From Candidatus Dadabacteria bacterium (GTDB lineage Bacteria > Desulfobacterota_D > UBA1144 > Nemesobacterales > CSP1-2): a stretch of DNA of 64,000 nt. The stretch's first letter is position 1, and each line of letters begins with the position of its first letter. Below the pieces are notes generated by a model that was not told the origin of the DNA, did not search any database, and was given only the letters and a program-made list of their open reading frames with translations. Shown piece by piece: positions 1-10,343 of this stretch. Both the position numbers and the translations under genes were made by a program. The DNA lies in contig CAWDVW010000005.1 of NCBI GenBank assembly GCA_963805855.1, positions 896,001-960,000 of the forward strand, written 5' to 3'.

Positions 1-285
1 ACGACTGGGAGTACAGCCCCTTTTATAGGGCTCTTTGGTACCGTATGGGGAATTATGACGGCTTTTATAGGACTTGCCAGCCGTGCAGACGTTCCAACTC
101 TTCAAGCAGTGGCTCCCGGTATCGCAGAGGCATTGATTGCGACGGCAATTGGTCTTGCTGCTGCAATTCCGGCTGTTGTCGCGTATAATTATTTTATAAA
201 TAAGGTTAAGAGAATCGACGTCGAAATGGAGAATTTCTCCTCCGAGTTTCTAAACATCGTTGATAGATATCTTAAGAAGATATAG
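1..285 (+). CDS. tolQ: TolQ (MotA/TolQ/ExbB proton channel), 5'-partial
   Basis: Frame is open from base 1: [19 protein letters not shown]...[27 protein letters not shown]; directly upstream of tolR. Confidence 0.93.
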   Translation, partial: TTGSTAPFIGLFGTVWGIMTAFIGLASRADVPTLQAVAPGIAEALIATAIGLAAAIPAVVAYNYFINKVKRIDVEMENFSSEFLNIVDRYLKKI

Positions 286-296
286 GTTATGAATAT

Positions 297-758
297 ATGG
301 CTATAAGCGGCAATAACAATGGACGTTCTGTTCTTTCTGAAATAAACGTCACTCCTTTTGTGGACGTTATGCTCGTTCTTCTAGTAATTTTCATGGTTAC
401 AGCTCCCATTTTGTACCAGGGGGTCGAGATCAATCTCCCAAAGGTTGAATCGAGACCCATGCCCGCGGCTGAAAGGGAAAAAAAGATAATTGTTACCCTG
501 AACGAGAATAAAGAGATTTACATAGAAAAGAAGAGATACTCGCTCGCTGAATTAAAGCTGGAAATTAGGTCACTTATTAGAAACAAGGGTAAGGAATTGG
601 AGGAAGAAGATGTATTTCTAAGGGCAGATTCTAATGTACCTTATGGTACGGTCATGGAAGTAATGGCTGAGATAAAAAAGGCTGGTATAAATAAAATAGG
701 CCTTATTACTGAGCCACCCTCGTCTAATAACTTCCAATTCAGAACAAAATATAAATGA
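297..758 (+). CDS. tolR: TolR (ExbD/TolR family)
   Basis: [24 protein letters not shown] motif; LRAD..VPYG.V..VM. Confidence 0.92.
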   Translation: MAISGNNNGRSVLSEINVTPFVDVMLVLLVIFMVTAPILYQGVEINLPKVESRPMPAAEREKKIIVTLNENKEIYIEKKRYSLAELKLEIRSLIRNKGKELEEEDVFLRADSNVPYGTVMEVMAEIKKAGINKIGLITEPPSSNNFQFRTKYK

Positions 759-1823
759 GTTTACCTAACGGCGGTAGCAGTGGGGGTATTAATTGGTTTT
801 GGGGCGTAGTTCTATCCGTAGCATTTCACCTACTAGTCTTTTTATTCGTTATGTTTTGGGGATTTGGCAGTTCTAAATATTCAGCCCAACCGAATTTCAT
901 CGAGGGAACACTGGTATCTCTTTCAGATTTAGCTGACACGGAGGGCAACAACGAAATCAAAGCCTCTCAAGTAAAGGAGGAAGCTCAAAAAGACCCTAAG
1001 AGAGAAGAAAAAAAAGCAAGTGGAGGAGCCAAAGGCTGAGCCAAATAAAGAAAAGCCGAAAAAGGCCGAGGAGCCAAAGGTTGAACCAAAAAAGGCGGAA
1101 AAGGAAATAAAGCCACCTCCGAAAACTGTAAAAAAAGAAGAAAAGAAGGAAGAACCTAAAAAAGAAGACGAACCGAAAAAAAAGGAGCCTGAGGATAAAA
1201 ATGTGGTAGCATTAGAAACCAAGAAAGAGGTGAAAAAGGCTGAGAAAAAGCCAAAACCGACAAAATCCCCTGAGGTAAAGAAAACACAGGCAACCAAAAA
1301 AAAAGAAAAACCTGATTTAGAGAATGCAAAAACAAGGATATTAAAAGACATTCAAGAAGACGTTAGAGCAGAAGAGAGACAAAGCGTATTAGAGGAAATT
1401 CAGAAAAAACAAGGGGTTACTGATGAAAAGGTAGTGGCAAAAGCCAACACCACCGAAAGACCGGAAAGAAAGTCAAATAGTGGGAGAGGACAATTGGGTA
1501 GAAGTTCACTTGGTGGGGGAACCAACGCAGTAGTGACCAATTTGTTCCTCGAGAGAATTCGTAATGAAATAAGGCAACACTATAAAATTCCCCCAAGTAT
1601 ACCGACGGATGGAAAATTAGAAACGTTTATCTTCTTCAAGATCAACGAGAGTGGGAAGGTTTATGACGTGAGAATCAATGAGTCTTCTGGTAATCCAGCA
1701 TTCGATGATTCATGCATTAAGGCAATCTATAAGGCAGCCCCGCTCACTCCTCCGCCTCCTGAGCTGATGGAGCAGGCGAAAACCGTTGGGTTCTTAATAC
1801 CTTTTACAAACGATCCGTCTTAG
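755..1823 (+). CDS. tolA: TolA/TonB family protein, split by a one-base frameshift at the A8 run 1008-1015
   Basis: ORF 755-1039 has the N-terminal TM anchor (SVAFH); ORF 1020-1823 has the K/E/P-rich linker and TonB_C-like end (SSGNPAFD...AI.KAAP); removing one A joins them as EEKKQVEEPK. Confidence 0.8.
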
Positions 1824-1870
1824 ATGTAAAACTCGCCTGTTATCAATTATAATAATCTCGTAATTACCAT

Positions 1871-2512
1871 TTGAAAGGAGGTTTGAAGACAATAAATCTA
1901 ATTCTTATTCGTCACGGCGAGACAAACTGGAATTTAACTCAAAAATGCCAGGGATTTTCGGACATCGAGCTAAACCAGAACGGAAGAAGACAGATTAAGG
2001 AATTGGCACAGTCACTAAAGAGTGAGGAGATATCCGCTGTCTATTCCAGTGATCTACGAAGGGCTAAAGATACAGCCGTCCAAATAGCTAAATTTCATAA
2101 TCTTTCGATAAATGTCGATCCTGATTTAAGAGAAATGAATCAGGGCAAATTTGAAGGACTCTCATTTATTGAAATTAGGGAATTATATTCAGAATTGCTC
2201 ACCGAATGGCGGAAGGATCCTGAATCTGTAAGAATACCCGGGGGTGAAACGCTCATAGAGGTTCAGGAAAGGGCTTGGAAGAGCGTTCAGAGAATAATTA
2301 AGACACATCATAACGAGAATGTCGTGGCTGTAAGCCATAATTTTACGATTATTACTCTCCTCTGTAAATTCAAGGGAATCGGACTAAGGGACTTTTTTAA
2401 TTTCAAGATTAAAGCCGCATCAAAGAATGTCGTAATTATAAATAAAGGGAGTTTCAAGATCGATCGACAAAATGACACAACTCATCTAAGTCCCCAATCT
2501 CTGACCTTTTAG
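1871..2512 (+). CDS. Histidine phosphatase (phosphoglycerate mutase/CobC-like) family protein
   Basis: LIRHGET, SSDLRRA, LREM, PGGE, VVAVSH motifs. Confidence 0.9.
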   Translation: MKGGLKTINLILIRHGETNWNLTQKCQGFSDIELNQNGRRQIKELAQSLKSEEISAVYSSDLRRAKDTAVQIAKFHNLSINVDPDLREMNQGKFEGLSFIEIRELYSELLTEWRKDPESVRIPGGETLIEVQERAWKSVQRIIKTHHNENVVAVSHNFTIITLLCKFKGIGLRDFFNFKIKAASKNVVIINKGSFKIDRQNDTTHLSPQSLTF

Positions 2513-2597
2513 TTACTAAATCTTATTTCCGTAGCATTCATTCTACTTCTACCTAAGAATTGTAACTTGCAAATTAAGGTGTATTTTTAAAGAACTA

Positions 2598-4277
2598 ATG
2601 AAAGAGGAAATAAGAGAAGCAGTCCACAAGGCTTTAGATAATCTAGGTTTAGATATCGAGCAGATGGATTGTAGGATAGAGATAGACATACCTAAGAAAA
2701 GGGAATTTGGTGACTTTTCGACCAATATCGCTCTGATATTAGCAAAAAATTTAGGGAAAAACCCACGCGAAGTCGCAGAGCTGATTATTCAAAATCTCCC
2801 TGAAGACCGGAAAAGCCTTTTCAAGAGGGTGGAAATTGCGGGTGCCGGTTTCATAAACTTCTTCATCAAAGAACTTGCAATTATAAGTAAATTGACTGAA
2901 ATCGAGAGGCTTGGAGGAGGCTATGGCCTTTCAACACTGGGCAATGGGGAAAGGGTGCTCGTAGAATTTGTTAGTGCAAATCCCACTGGATATCTTCACA
3001 TGGGTCATGCCAGGAACGCTTGCGTCGGAGATGCAATATCAAACCTCTTAAATGCCATCGGTTATAATGTTACGAGGGAATTTTTCATTAACGATGCCGG
3101 AAGGCAGATTGAGCTACTTGGCCACTCCGTTTATCGAAGATATGAGGAATTATTTGGTATCAAGATTGAGCGCTTAGAGGACGGATACCATGGAGATTAT
3201 ATTAAAGAAATAGCCCTAAGAATAAAAAACGAGAAGGGTGATGCTCTTCTGGCGGATAAATCAAACAGGGAAGATTCTATCGAGTTTTGTAAGGATTATG
3301 CAAAGAGCATACTACTGGAAGAAATAAGGGAAGACCTGGAACTAATTGGCACATCATTTGACACATGGTATAGCGAGAGGGACAAGCTGTATAGTCCGAC
3401 CCGTAACCAAGATAATGAAAATTTGATAGACATAATTCTAAAAAAACTCGATGAGAGAGGAGTGATAAGTCATAGGGATGGCGCTATTTGGTTCGAGGCA
3501 TGTAAATTTGGTGATTCCCAAGACTGGGTTCTCGTAAAGAAAGACGGAAGTTATACATATTTCATTTCTGATATCGCATATCATTATGACAAGATGAAGA
3601 GGGGATTCGTTAAATTGATTAACGTCTGGGGCGCTGATCACCATGGCCATGTGAATCGTATCAAGGCAGCGATGAGGGCTTTAGGGTTTGATGATTCTTA
3701 TCTTAGGGTAGTATTAATCCAGTTTGTTAGACTGTTGACCGCGGGTAAGGAGGCGTCGATGTCAAAACGTTCTGGTAGCTATGTTACCATGCGCGATGTG
3801 GTAAAAGAGGTAGGTCCCGATGTTACAAGGTTCTTTCTACTTATGAGAAGTTCAGACAGTCACCTTGATTTTGATCTTGATTTAGCGAAGAAACAATCCA
3901 GTGAAAATCCGGTTTATTACATTCAATATGCACATGCTCGAATTGGTAGCGTATTTGAAAATGCATTGGCGAGAAGCGTACGCCCTTCAAACGTTTTTTT
4001 GAAACTACTAGTTCATCCTGACGAGGTCGATATAGCAAATAAGCTACTCCAGTTTCCAGAAGTAATAATGGATAGTGCGTTGTCTCTTTCTCCACACAAA
4101 ATTGCTTTTTACCTGCAAAACATAGCCTCCGATTTTCATGTTTATTACAACAAGTGTAGAATAATTACAGATAGTCCGGAGTTAAGTAGTGCCAGATTGT
4201 TTTTTATCGACTGTATCAAGACGGTCCTGTCAAACGGTCTGAGAATGCTAGGAGTCAGCGCGCCTGAGAGAATGTAA
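2598..4277 (+). CDS. argS: Arginine--tRNA ligase
   Basis: VEFVSANPTGYLHMGH (HIGH-like), MSKRSG, NPVYYIQYAHAR, APERM C-terminus. Confidence 0.98.
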   Translation: MKEEIREAVHKALDNLGLDIEQMDCRIEIDIPKKREFGDFSTNIALILAKNLGKNPREVAELIIQNLPEDRKSLFKRVEIAGAGFINFFIKELAIISKLTEIERLGGGYGLSTLGNGERVLVEFVSANPTGYLHMGHARNACVGDAISNLLNAIGYNVTREFFINDAGRQIELLGHSVYRRYEELFGIKIERLEDGYHGDYIKEIALRIKNEKGDALLADKSNREDSIEFCKDYAKSILLEEIREDLELIGTSFDTWYSERDKLYSPTRNQDNENLIDIILKKLDERGVISHRDGAIWFEACKFGDSQDWVLVKKDGSYTYFISDIAYHYDKMKRGFVKLINVWGADHHGHVNRIKAAMRALGFDDSYLRVVLIQFVRLLTAGKEASMSKRSGSYVTMRDVVKEVGPDVTRFFLLMRSSDSHLDFDLDLAKKQSSENPVYYIQYAHARIGSVFENALARSVRPSNVFLKLLVHPDEVDIANKLLQFPEVIMDSALSLSPHKIAFYLQNIASDFHVYYNKCRIITDSPELSSARLFFIDCIKTVLSNGLRMLGVSAPERM

Positions 4278-4281
4278 TAAT

Positions 4282-5031
4282 ATGAGTAACTTGTCGAAAA
4301 ATCCCGGAAATAAACAGATCATCTTCTTTTTCTTTGGCTTTTTGATCTTTTTTGCCTTTTCCTTCAGTTTAGGTGTAATAGTGGGAAAACAGATAGGTAA
4401 GTCCAGTGATAGCGGTTTCGGTGATGTATCAAAAAATATTGATACAGAATCCGGTCTTGGGGGAATTATAAAAGAGGGTGGTCAAGAAACTTTCCTTTTT
4501 GAGGAAACAGAGACAATTAACGACAATGGAATTGGTACTGAGAACCGCAAGTCACCGAATGAAAAAGAATCTGGAGCCACTAGCAAAGTTGAGGATATAG
4601 AAACGGACCAGCCGACTACGCAGTCAAGCCCCTCTTCAGCAAACGAAATAGATGACAAGGCTGTTGTTGCGGAAGCCGTCGATAATAATCCAACATCGTC
4701 AGACACCCGAGATCAAATAGTGGGTCATACAGCAGAAATTGACAATAGACGTAAGGAATTAACATCGTTACCTCCGATTGATCCGGAAGGGAAATACACC
4801 GTCCAACTAGGTTCATTCCAGGAAGAGAAGACCGCACTGCAAATATTGAACTCCCTAAAATTTAAAAGGTATCCAGCGTTTGTTAAAAAGGTCGAAATAC
4901 CCGGATATGGTGTCAGTTACAGGGTAAGGATAGGCACCTTCGGTACGAGGGAAAAAGCTTATCTCTATGGTGAAAACCTCAAGAGGTTAGAACCCTATAT
5001 TAAATCGGTATATATAACCACGAACGATTAG
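4282..5031 (+). CDS. SPOR-domain membrane protein (FtsN/DedD-like)
   Basis: N-terminal TM helix, low-complexity linker, C-terminal YTVQLGSF...YRVRIG; follows argS. Confidence 0.85.
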   Translation: MSNLSKNPGNKQIIFFFFGFLIFFAFSFSLGVIVGKQIGKSSDSGFGDVSKNIDTESGLGGIIKEGGQETFLFEETETINDNGIGTENRKSPNEKESGATSKVEDIETDQPTTQSSPSSANEIDDKAVVAEAVDNNPTSSDTRDQIVGHTAEIDNRRKELTSLPPIDPEGKYTVQLGSFQEEKTALQILNSLKFKRYPAFVKKVEIPGYGVSYRVRIGTFGTREKAYLYGENLKRLEPYIKSVYITTND

Positions 5032-5098
5032 CGATATCTCGTATGATTGAAAATTTGCAGAGTTAAACTCTGGTAAAAGTAAAGGGGCCTCTTTTATT

Positions 5099-5782
5099 AT
5101 GTCCGTTCCCGAAGAAGTAGTAGATAGATCAAAGGGTGGAAAAGAACCGGCTTCCACGAGCCTCCTGGGAAGTGGAATTAAGAATTGGTGGATAATTTTG
5201 ATACGCCCAATAGAAGATTATCTTATTGAAAAGAAGATTCACCCAAATGTACTGACGATTACAACTTTGCTGGTTTCAATCCTTACTGGGATATGCTTTC
5301 ATTTCGGTTGGGCCTTAATAGCAGGAATTTTGCTGCTAGCTGGCTCTACATTCGATATTTTTGATGGACGCGTGGCAAGGGCTCAGGGTTTATCCAGTAA
5401 ACACGGTGCTTTTTTCGATTCCTGTCTGGACAGATTTGCTGAGGCCTTTATATACCTCGGTTTGTTGAGTTACTTTCAGGGGACCATTTTTTCCTATGTC
5501 GTTTTCTTCATTCTAGTTTCAACAATGATGGTCAGCTATACACGCGCGAGGGCAGAAGGTCTTGGGATTGAATGTGAGGTCGGGGTAATGCAAAGAACAG
5601 AACGTGTTGTATATTTAGGTCTCTTTTCAATATTAAACTTTTTTGTGAATTTATTTTCCTCGGCGATTGGACACAACCCTCGAGATATCTCATTAAAGCT
5701 TGCATTGATATTGCTATTAGTGTTTTCCTTATATACAGCTATTCAGAGAATGGTTCACGTTATGAAGAAATTAAAAACGTGA
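5099..5782 (+). CDS. CDP-alcohol phosphatidyltransferase, phosphatidylinositol-phosphate synthase-like
   Basis: HPNVLT; DIFDGRVAR...GAFFDSCLDRFAE signature; MVSYTRARAEGLG...MQRTER typical of the PIP/AIP synthase clade. Confidence 0.85.
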   Translation: MSVPEEVVDRSKGGKEPASTSLLGSGIKNWWIILIRPIEDYLIEKKIHPNVLTITTLLVSILTGICFHFGWALIAGILLLAGSTFDIFDGRVARAQGLSSKHGAFFDSCLDRFAEAFIYLGLLSYFQGTIFSYVVFFILVSTMMVSYTRARAEGLGIECEVGVMQRTERVVYLGLFSILNFFVNLFSSAIGHNPRDISLKLALILLLVFSLYTAIQRMVHVMKKLKT

Positions 5783-5911
5783 CGAGGGCATTGCTAGCCG
5801 CAGTCTGGCTCAAATCGATACCGCCTTTCGATTCTTATTTGTTATCAAGGGTCATAAGAAACCAGGTATTAACCTAATACACAATAACATTTGTAAGAAA
5901 ACATAGTCCGA

Positions 5912-6295
5912 CTACTCTTCAGATCGATTATTCGAAACTCTTTTTACTTCAAATGTTGTACTTTCTTTTATTCTGCTTGCTTTTTTCGATCTTCCCCTGA
6001 GATAATAAAGCTTTGCCCGTCTAACCTTTCCCTTTCTTTTGATTTTAATTTTCTCGATAAGCGGAGAATGAAGGGGGAAAATTCTCTCCACACCGACCCC
6101 ATAAGAAACCTTCCGGACTGTAAATGTTTCCCTTAAACCACCTCCCTTTTTTGCAATCACCACACCCTCAAAAATCTGAATTCTTTCCCTTTCGCCTTCT
6201 TTGATTTTGTAATGAACTGCTATTGTGTCTCCGGGGCGAAATTTTGCCAAGTCACCCCTTAACAGTGGCTTTTCAAGTTCATCTATAACGTTCAT
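5912..6295 (-). CDS. rplS: 50S ribosomal protein L19
   Basis: [27 protein letters not shown]. Confidence 0.98.
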   Translation of the reverse strand: MNVIDELEKPLLRGDLAKFRPGDTIAVHYKIKEGERERIQIFEGVVIAKKGGGLRETFTVRKVSYGVGVERIFPLHSPLIEKIKIKRKGKVRRAKLYYLRGRSKKASRIKESTTFEVKRVSNNRSEE

Positions 6296-6316
6296 TTCAA
6301 CTCTCCTTATTGATAT

Positions 6317-7618
6317 CTAGATCGATAGTAATCTATCTAAGACAATTGCTGCAGCGCCCCTCACCGGAAGATGATTGTAATTCGTATAACCTACGATTGG
6401 TTTAAGGACATAATCCGCACTCTCTAAAACTTCTTTAACTATACCCCATCCTGTCCCAAATAGTATTAAATATGGCTCGGTTCCCTTTTGAATTTTTTCT
6501 CTGAGTTCCTGATAACCAATCATAAAATTTCTATGCCTAGCATCCGTTACTACCAATTTCGGTTTCAATCCTTCTTGTTTTTCAATCTGGTCGATGGCTT
6601 CCTCAATCGAACTCTTTATCGAAACTAGTCTTAAAGCATCTGTCCTCGTGGGGTTGAATGAAGAACCCGGCCCTTTGATCCAATGGTTTAGAACCGCTTC
6701 AACTAATTTTTGCTGCTCGTAGACAGGTTGTACTAAATAAAAACCCTTCACACCATAGGTTTTGCATACCCGCGACATATCATGAACATCAAGATTCGTG
6801 AATGCCGTAGTTATCTTTTTAAACGTTTTATTGTATACGGGATAATGAACTAATGCAACGTAGACTTTTGTACGCGGAGGATCTTTATCTATGAGCATCT
6901 CTAATTGCTTTATTTCTTCAAAAGTCAGGTTTGACCTGTCAATAAGATAAGGCTTTCGAGAGAGGGTTCTTTTTATGCTTTCCAGCCGTTTCCACTTTTT
7001 TATTGCCTTATGATTTCCACTGAGAAGAACTCGAGGTGCTCTTTTTCCTCTAAAAACATAAGGCCGGGTATACTGAGGATGTTCGAGCAAGCTTTCATTG
7101 AACGAATCGTGATAAGCGGAATACTTATTTCCTAATACTCCTGTGACAAATCTTGAAATAGCGTCTATTACCACTGACGCGGCATACTCACCTCCTGAAA
7201 GGACGTAATCGCCAATTGATATTTCTCTGTCAACGTACTTTTCCCTTATTCTCTCATCGATGCCTTCATATCTTCCGCATATAATGATTATCTGCTCAAA
7301 CTCAGATACCTCCTTAGCTATCCTGTCTGAGAAAACTTCCCCCTGGGGTGTTGTGAGTATTACAACCGATTTCAAATCTTCATTCTTTATTGATTCTATG
7401 GCTCTGGCCAGAGGGGTCGGCCTGAATACCATCCCACCGCCGCCACCATAGGGTCTGTCATCAACTGACTTTCGCTTATCCCTAGTATAGTTCCTTAGGT
7501 CGTGTGTATTAATTCTTATGATCCCCCTCTCCTGGGCCCTTTTAAGGATTCCGAAGGAAAAGAGCGAATCAAAGAATTGGGGAAAGATTGTAATTACGTC
7601 GAACTCCATCTTTCTCAC
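6317..7618 (-). CDS. trmD: tRNA (guanine-37-N1)-methyltransferase TrmD fused to a C-terminal TM1570-like SPOUT methyltransferase
   Basis: VDDRPYGGGGGM, ICGRYEGIDER, SIGDYVLSGGE; then VALVHYPV...TNLDVHD...FGTGWG...YNHLPVRGAAAIVLDRL. Confidence 0.93.
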   Translation of the reverse strand: MRKMEFDVITIFPQFFDSLFSFGILKRAQERGIIRINTHDLRNYTRDKRKSVDDRPYGGGGGMVFRPTPLARAIESIKNEDLKSVVILTTPQGEVFSDRIAKEVSEFEQIIIICGRYEGIDERIREKYVDREISIGDYVLSGGEYAASVVIDAISRFVTGVLGNKYSAYHDSFNESLLEHPQYTRPYVFRGKRAPRVLLSGNHKAIKKWKRLESIKRTLSRKPYLIDRSNLTFEEIKQLEMLIDKDPPRTKVYVALVHYPVYNKTFKKITTAFTNLDVHDMSRVCKTYGVKGFYLVQPVYEQQKLVEAVLNHWIKGPGSSFNPTRTDALRLVSIKSSIEEAIDQIEKQEGLKPKLVVTDARHRNFMIGYQELREKIQKGTEPYLILFGTGWGIVKEVLESADYVLKPIVGYTNYNHLPVRGAAAIVLDRLLSI

Positions 7619-7651
7619 AGTTGGGACGGGAATTTTAAATAGATCACGGTT

Positions 7652-8164
7652 TTAATCAAAAAGGCCTTCTATAGGTGTGATTATCACTTCCGATTCTTCT
7701 AGCTTAACCCCTTGTATAATAGTATCAACCATCGGTATCAGAAATTCCTTCTTATCATTCTCTACTACTAACAAGGCCTGAGGCGCTCTGTCAACTAAGT
7801 CTTTAACGGTGCCTATAAAGTTCCCTTCTATCGTAACAACGTTAAGTCCAATTAGTTGGAACCAGTAGTATTCGTCTTCTTCTGGTTCAGGGAGGTCGCA
7901 TTTGTCAACCATTACAATCGAACCTCGCAGCTCCGAGGCTTCTTCAATTGTATTAATTCCCTCAAGCCTAATTATGGTTGTTTTATTCTGAACTCTTAAA
8001 TCGGAAATCTTTATTTCTACGGGTTTTTCATCTTCTTTCTTGTAAATAAATAGCCTATTTAGCTTAGTAATGCTATCTGCATTCCCGCTGTATAAAAAAA
8101 CCTTCACCTCACCATGTAAACCGTGAGGTTTCGAAATTTCTCCAAGAGGTAATAGTTCATTCAC
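7652..8164 (-). CDS. rimM: Ribosome maturation factor RimM
   Basis: GEISKPHGLHGEVKV, DEYYWFQLIGL, LIPMV; operon position. Confidence 0.95.
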   Translation of the reverse strand: MNELLPLGEISKPHGLHGEVKVFLYSGNADSITKLNRLFIYKKEDEKPVEIKISDLRVQNKTTIIRLEGINTIEEASELRGSIVMVDKCDLPEPEEDEYYWFQLIGLNVVTIEGNFIGTVKDLVDRAPQALLVVENDKKEFLIPMVDTIIQGVKLEESEVIITPIEGLFD

Positions 8165-8180
8165 ATTGAGGCAACTATTT

Positions 8181-8420
8181 TTATTCTAGAATCTCCAACA
8201 CGGCGCGTTTTCTCAACTTTGCTGCTGCTGCACCAAGTATTGTCCGTATGGCCTTAGCTGTCTTTCCCTGTTTACCAATTATCTTCCCGAGATCCTCTTG
8301 TGCTACTTTCAGTTCCAATACTGCCGTCTGCTCACCAGATACTTCCTTTACTTCTACTTGCTCAGGGAAATCTACAAGTGATTGCGCTATGTGAATGACG
8401 AGCTCCTTAAGTTTATCCAT
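8181..8420 (-). CDS. khpA: KH-domain RNA-binding protein KhpA
   Basis: [18 protein letters not shown]; start placed at 8420 after AGGAGG. Confidence 0.92.
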   Translation of the reverse strand: MDKLKELVIHIAQSLVDFPEQVEVKEVSGEQTAVLELKVAQEDLGKIIGKQGKTAKAIRTILGAAAAKLRKRAVLEILE

Positions 8421-8483
8421 TTCAATTACCTCCTGCTTTTTAGCTGAATTCGTCTCCAAGCTTAACCCTAATAATCACGATCA

Positions 8484-8720
8484 TCACTGCATGAGCTTCG
8501 AAAGTAATTTCTCCACCCTGTTTGTAGGTTTAGCCCCATTGGCTAGCCAATTCTTTACCCTCTCTGTGTTTACCTCTAGGAGATGAGGGGTCTTTCTTGG
8601 ATCGTAAGACCCTAAAATTTCAAGGAATTTTCCGTCCCTTGGTGAACGAGCATCTGCGGCTACTATTCTGTAAAATGGCTTCTTATTTGAACCCAACCTC
8701 ATAAGTCTAATTCTAACCAA
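8484..8720 (-). CDS. rpsP: 30S ribosomal protein S16
   Basis: VRIRLMRLG.NKKPFYRIVAADARSPRDGKFLE. Confidence 0.98.
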   Translation of the reverse strand: MVRIRLMRLGSNKKPFYRIVAADARSPRDGKFLEILGSYDPRKTPHLLEVNTERVKNWLANGAKPTNRVEKLLSKLMQ

Positions 8721-8777
8721 ACTTATTAACCTCCTTGAATCATTTAACTTAGGAAAATCTAGGCTAACTGAGTATTT

Positions 8778-10112
8778 TTAAACAACTCTCATTAATCTCT
8801 TAGCAAGACTACCCATCTTACCCATGTTTTTCATCATACTACGCATCTGCATATAATTTTTAATCATCCGGTTTACATCCTCTACACGAGTACCACTACC
8901 CTTTGCAACTCTCTTACGTCTGCTGCCGTTTAGAATTGTATGATTTAGCCTTTCCTTATGTGTCATAGAATTGATAATGGCGATCGTCTTTTTTATTTCC
9001 TTGTCAGCCATTTCCATAGCTCTGGGGTTTCCAGAAATTTTTTTCATTCCAGGAATCATATCAGCCATACTTTCAATCGGTCCCAGCTTACCCATAGCAA
9101 GCATTGCCTCTCTAAAATCCTCAAGTGAGAACTCCTTCTTGAGAATTTTCTTCGCCATCTCTTGAGCCTGCTTCTCCTCAAACGCCGCTTGAGCTTTTTC
9201 AATGAAACTGAGCATATCGCCCATACCCAGGATTCGAGATGCTATTCTTTCAGGATGAAAAACCTCCAGCGCGTCGAGTTTTTCTCCCGTACCAAAATAC
9301 TTTATTGGCTTCCCAGTAACAGATTTGATTGATAATGCGGCCCCGCCCCTTGCGTCACCATCTATCTTTGTAAGAATGGTTCCACTGATATCGAGAGCCT
9401 CATTGAAGCTAGTCGCAACATTTACTGCATCCTGACCCGTCATAGCATCTGCGACGAGCAGAATTTCATGAGGGTTTATCTGAGCCTTGATGTTTTTCAA
9501 CTCCTCCATTAGCTCGGTATCAATATGGAGCCTTCCCGCAGTATCAATTAGTAGTACATCATATCCCCCGTATTGGGCAGCTTTCAGCGCGTCCTTGCAA
9601 ATTTCTACCGGGTTTCCTCCAGGCCGAGTATTGTAAACGCCTGCTCCAACCTGATCAGCGAGGACCTTTAGTTGTTCTATGGCCGCTGGCCTGTACACAT
9701 CTGCAGGAACAAGGTATGGATTTCTTTTTAATTTCTCTTTTAGCGTCTTAGCTAGCTTTGCAATTGAGGTGGTTTTACCCGAGCCTTGCAGCCCCACGAG
9801 CATGACTGTGACAGGCGGTGCTGTTCTAAGGTCTAACTCTGAGCTATGTTCTCCAAGTATTCTTACAAGCTCTTCGTAAACTATTTTTATGAATTGTTGT
9901 CCGGGAGTGAGGCTACCCAGAACCTCCTGCCCCAACGCCCTTGCCTTTACGGACTCGATAAGGTCCCTTACTACTTTGAAATTAACGTCGGCTTCGAGCA
10001 GATTCAGGCGCACTTCGCGTATTGCATCCTGAATATTCTGCTCGCTGAGCTTTCCATAACCTCTGACTTTCTTTAAGGTATGACTTAGCTTTTCTGATAT
10101 ACCCTCGAACAT
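8778..10112 (-). CDS. ffh: Signal recognition particle protein Ffh
   Basis: GLQGSGKTT, DTAGR, TKIDGDARGGAALS, Met-rich M domain. Confidence 0.98.
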   Translation of the reverse strand: MFEGISEKLSHTLKKVRGYGKLSEQNIQDAIREVRLNLLEADVNFKVVRDLIESVKARALGQEVLGSLTPGQQFIKIVYEELVRILGEHSSELDLRTAPPVTVMLVGLQGSGKTTSIAKLAKTLKEKLKRNPYLVPADVYRPAAIEQLKVLADQVGAGVYNTRPGGNPVEICKDALKAAQYGGYDVLLIDTAGRLHIDTELMEELKNIKAQINPHEILLVADAMTGQDAVNVATSFNEALDISGTILTKIDGDARGGAALSIKSVTGKPIKYFGTGEKLDALEVFHPERIASRILGMGDMLSFIEKAQAAFEEKQAQEMAKKILKKEFSLEDFREAMLAMGKLGPIESMADMIPGMKKISGNPRAMEMADKEIKKTIAIINSMTHKERLNHTILNGSRRKRVAKGSGTRVEDVNRMIKNYMQMRSMMKNMGKMGSLAKRLMRVV

Positions 10113-10343
10113 TGACTCTTAGAAAAACCACTTTAATTAAATTAAGCAATAATAGTTAGCATATCATATGGTAAAAGTCAAATACCTAACTATGTTCTAA
10201 CATATTAATAACAATAGAAATATTTTGATTATCGTAATACGAGAACTTAATGTCAGGAATAGATGTTTCCAAAATAGATTAGACTTGAGTAAGATCAAGG
10301 GAAACAGACGATTCCAAGTTCTTTTAAATGGAGGAAGAGTATT

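Noticed and set aside
929-1351. Phe/Ser-rich antisense ORF
   Set aside because: Mirror of the Lys/Glu-rich tolA linker
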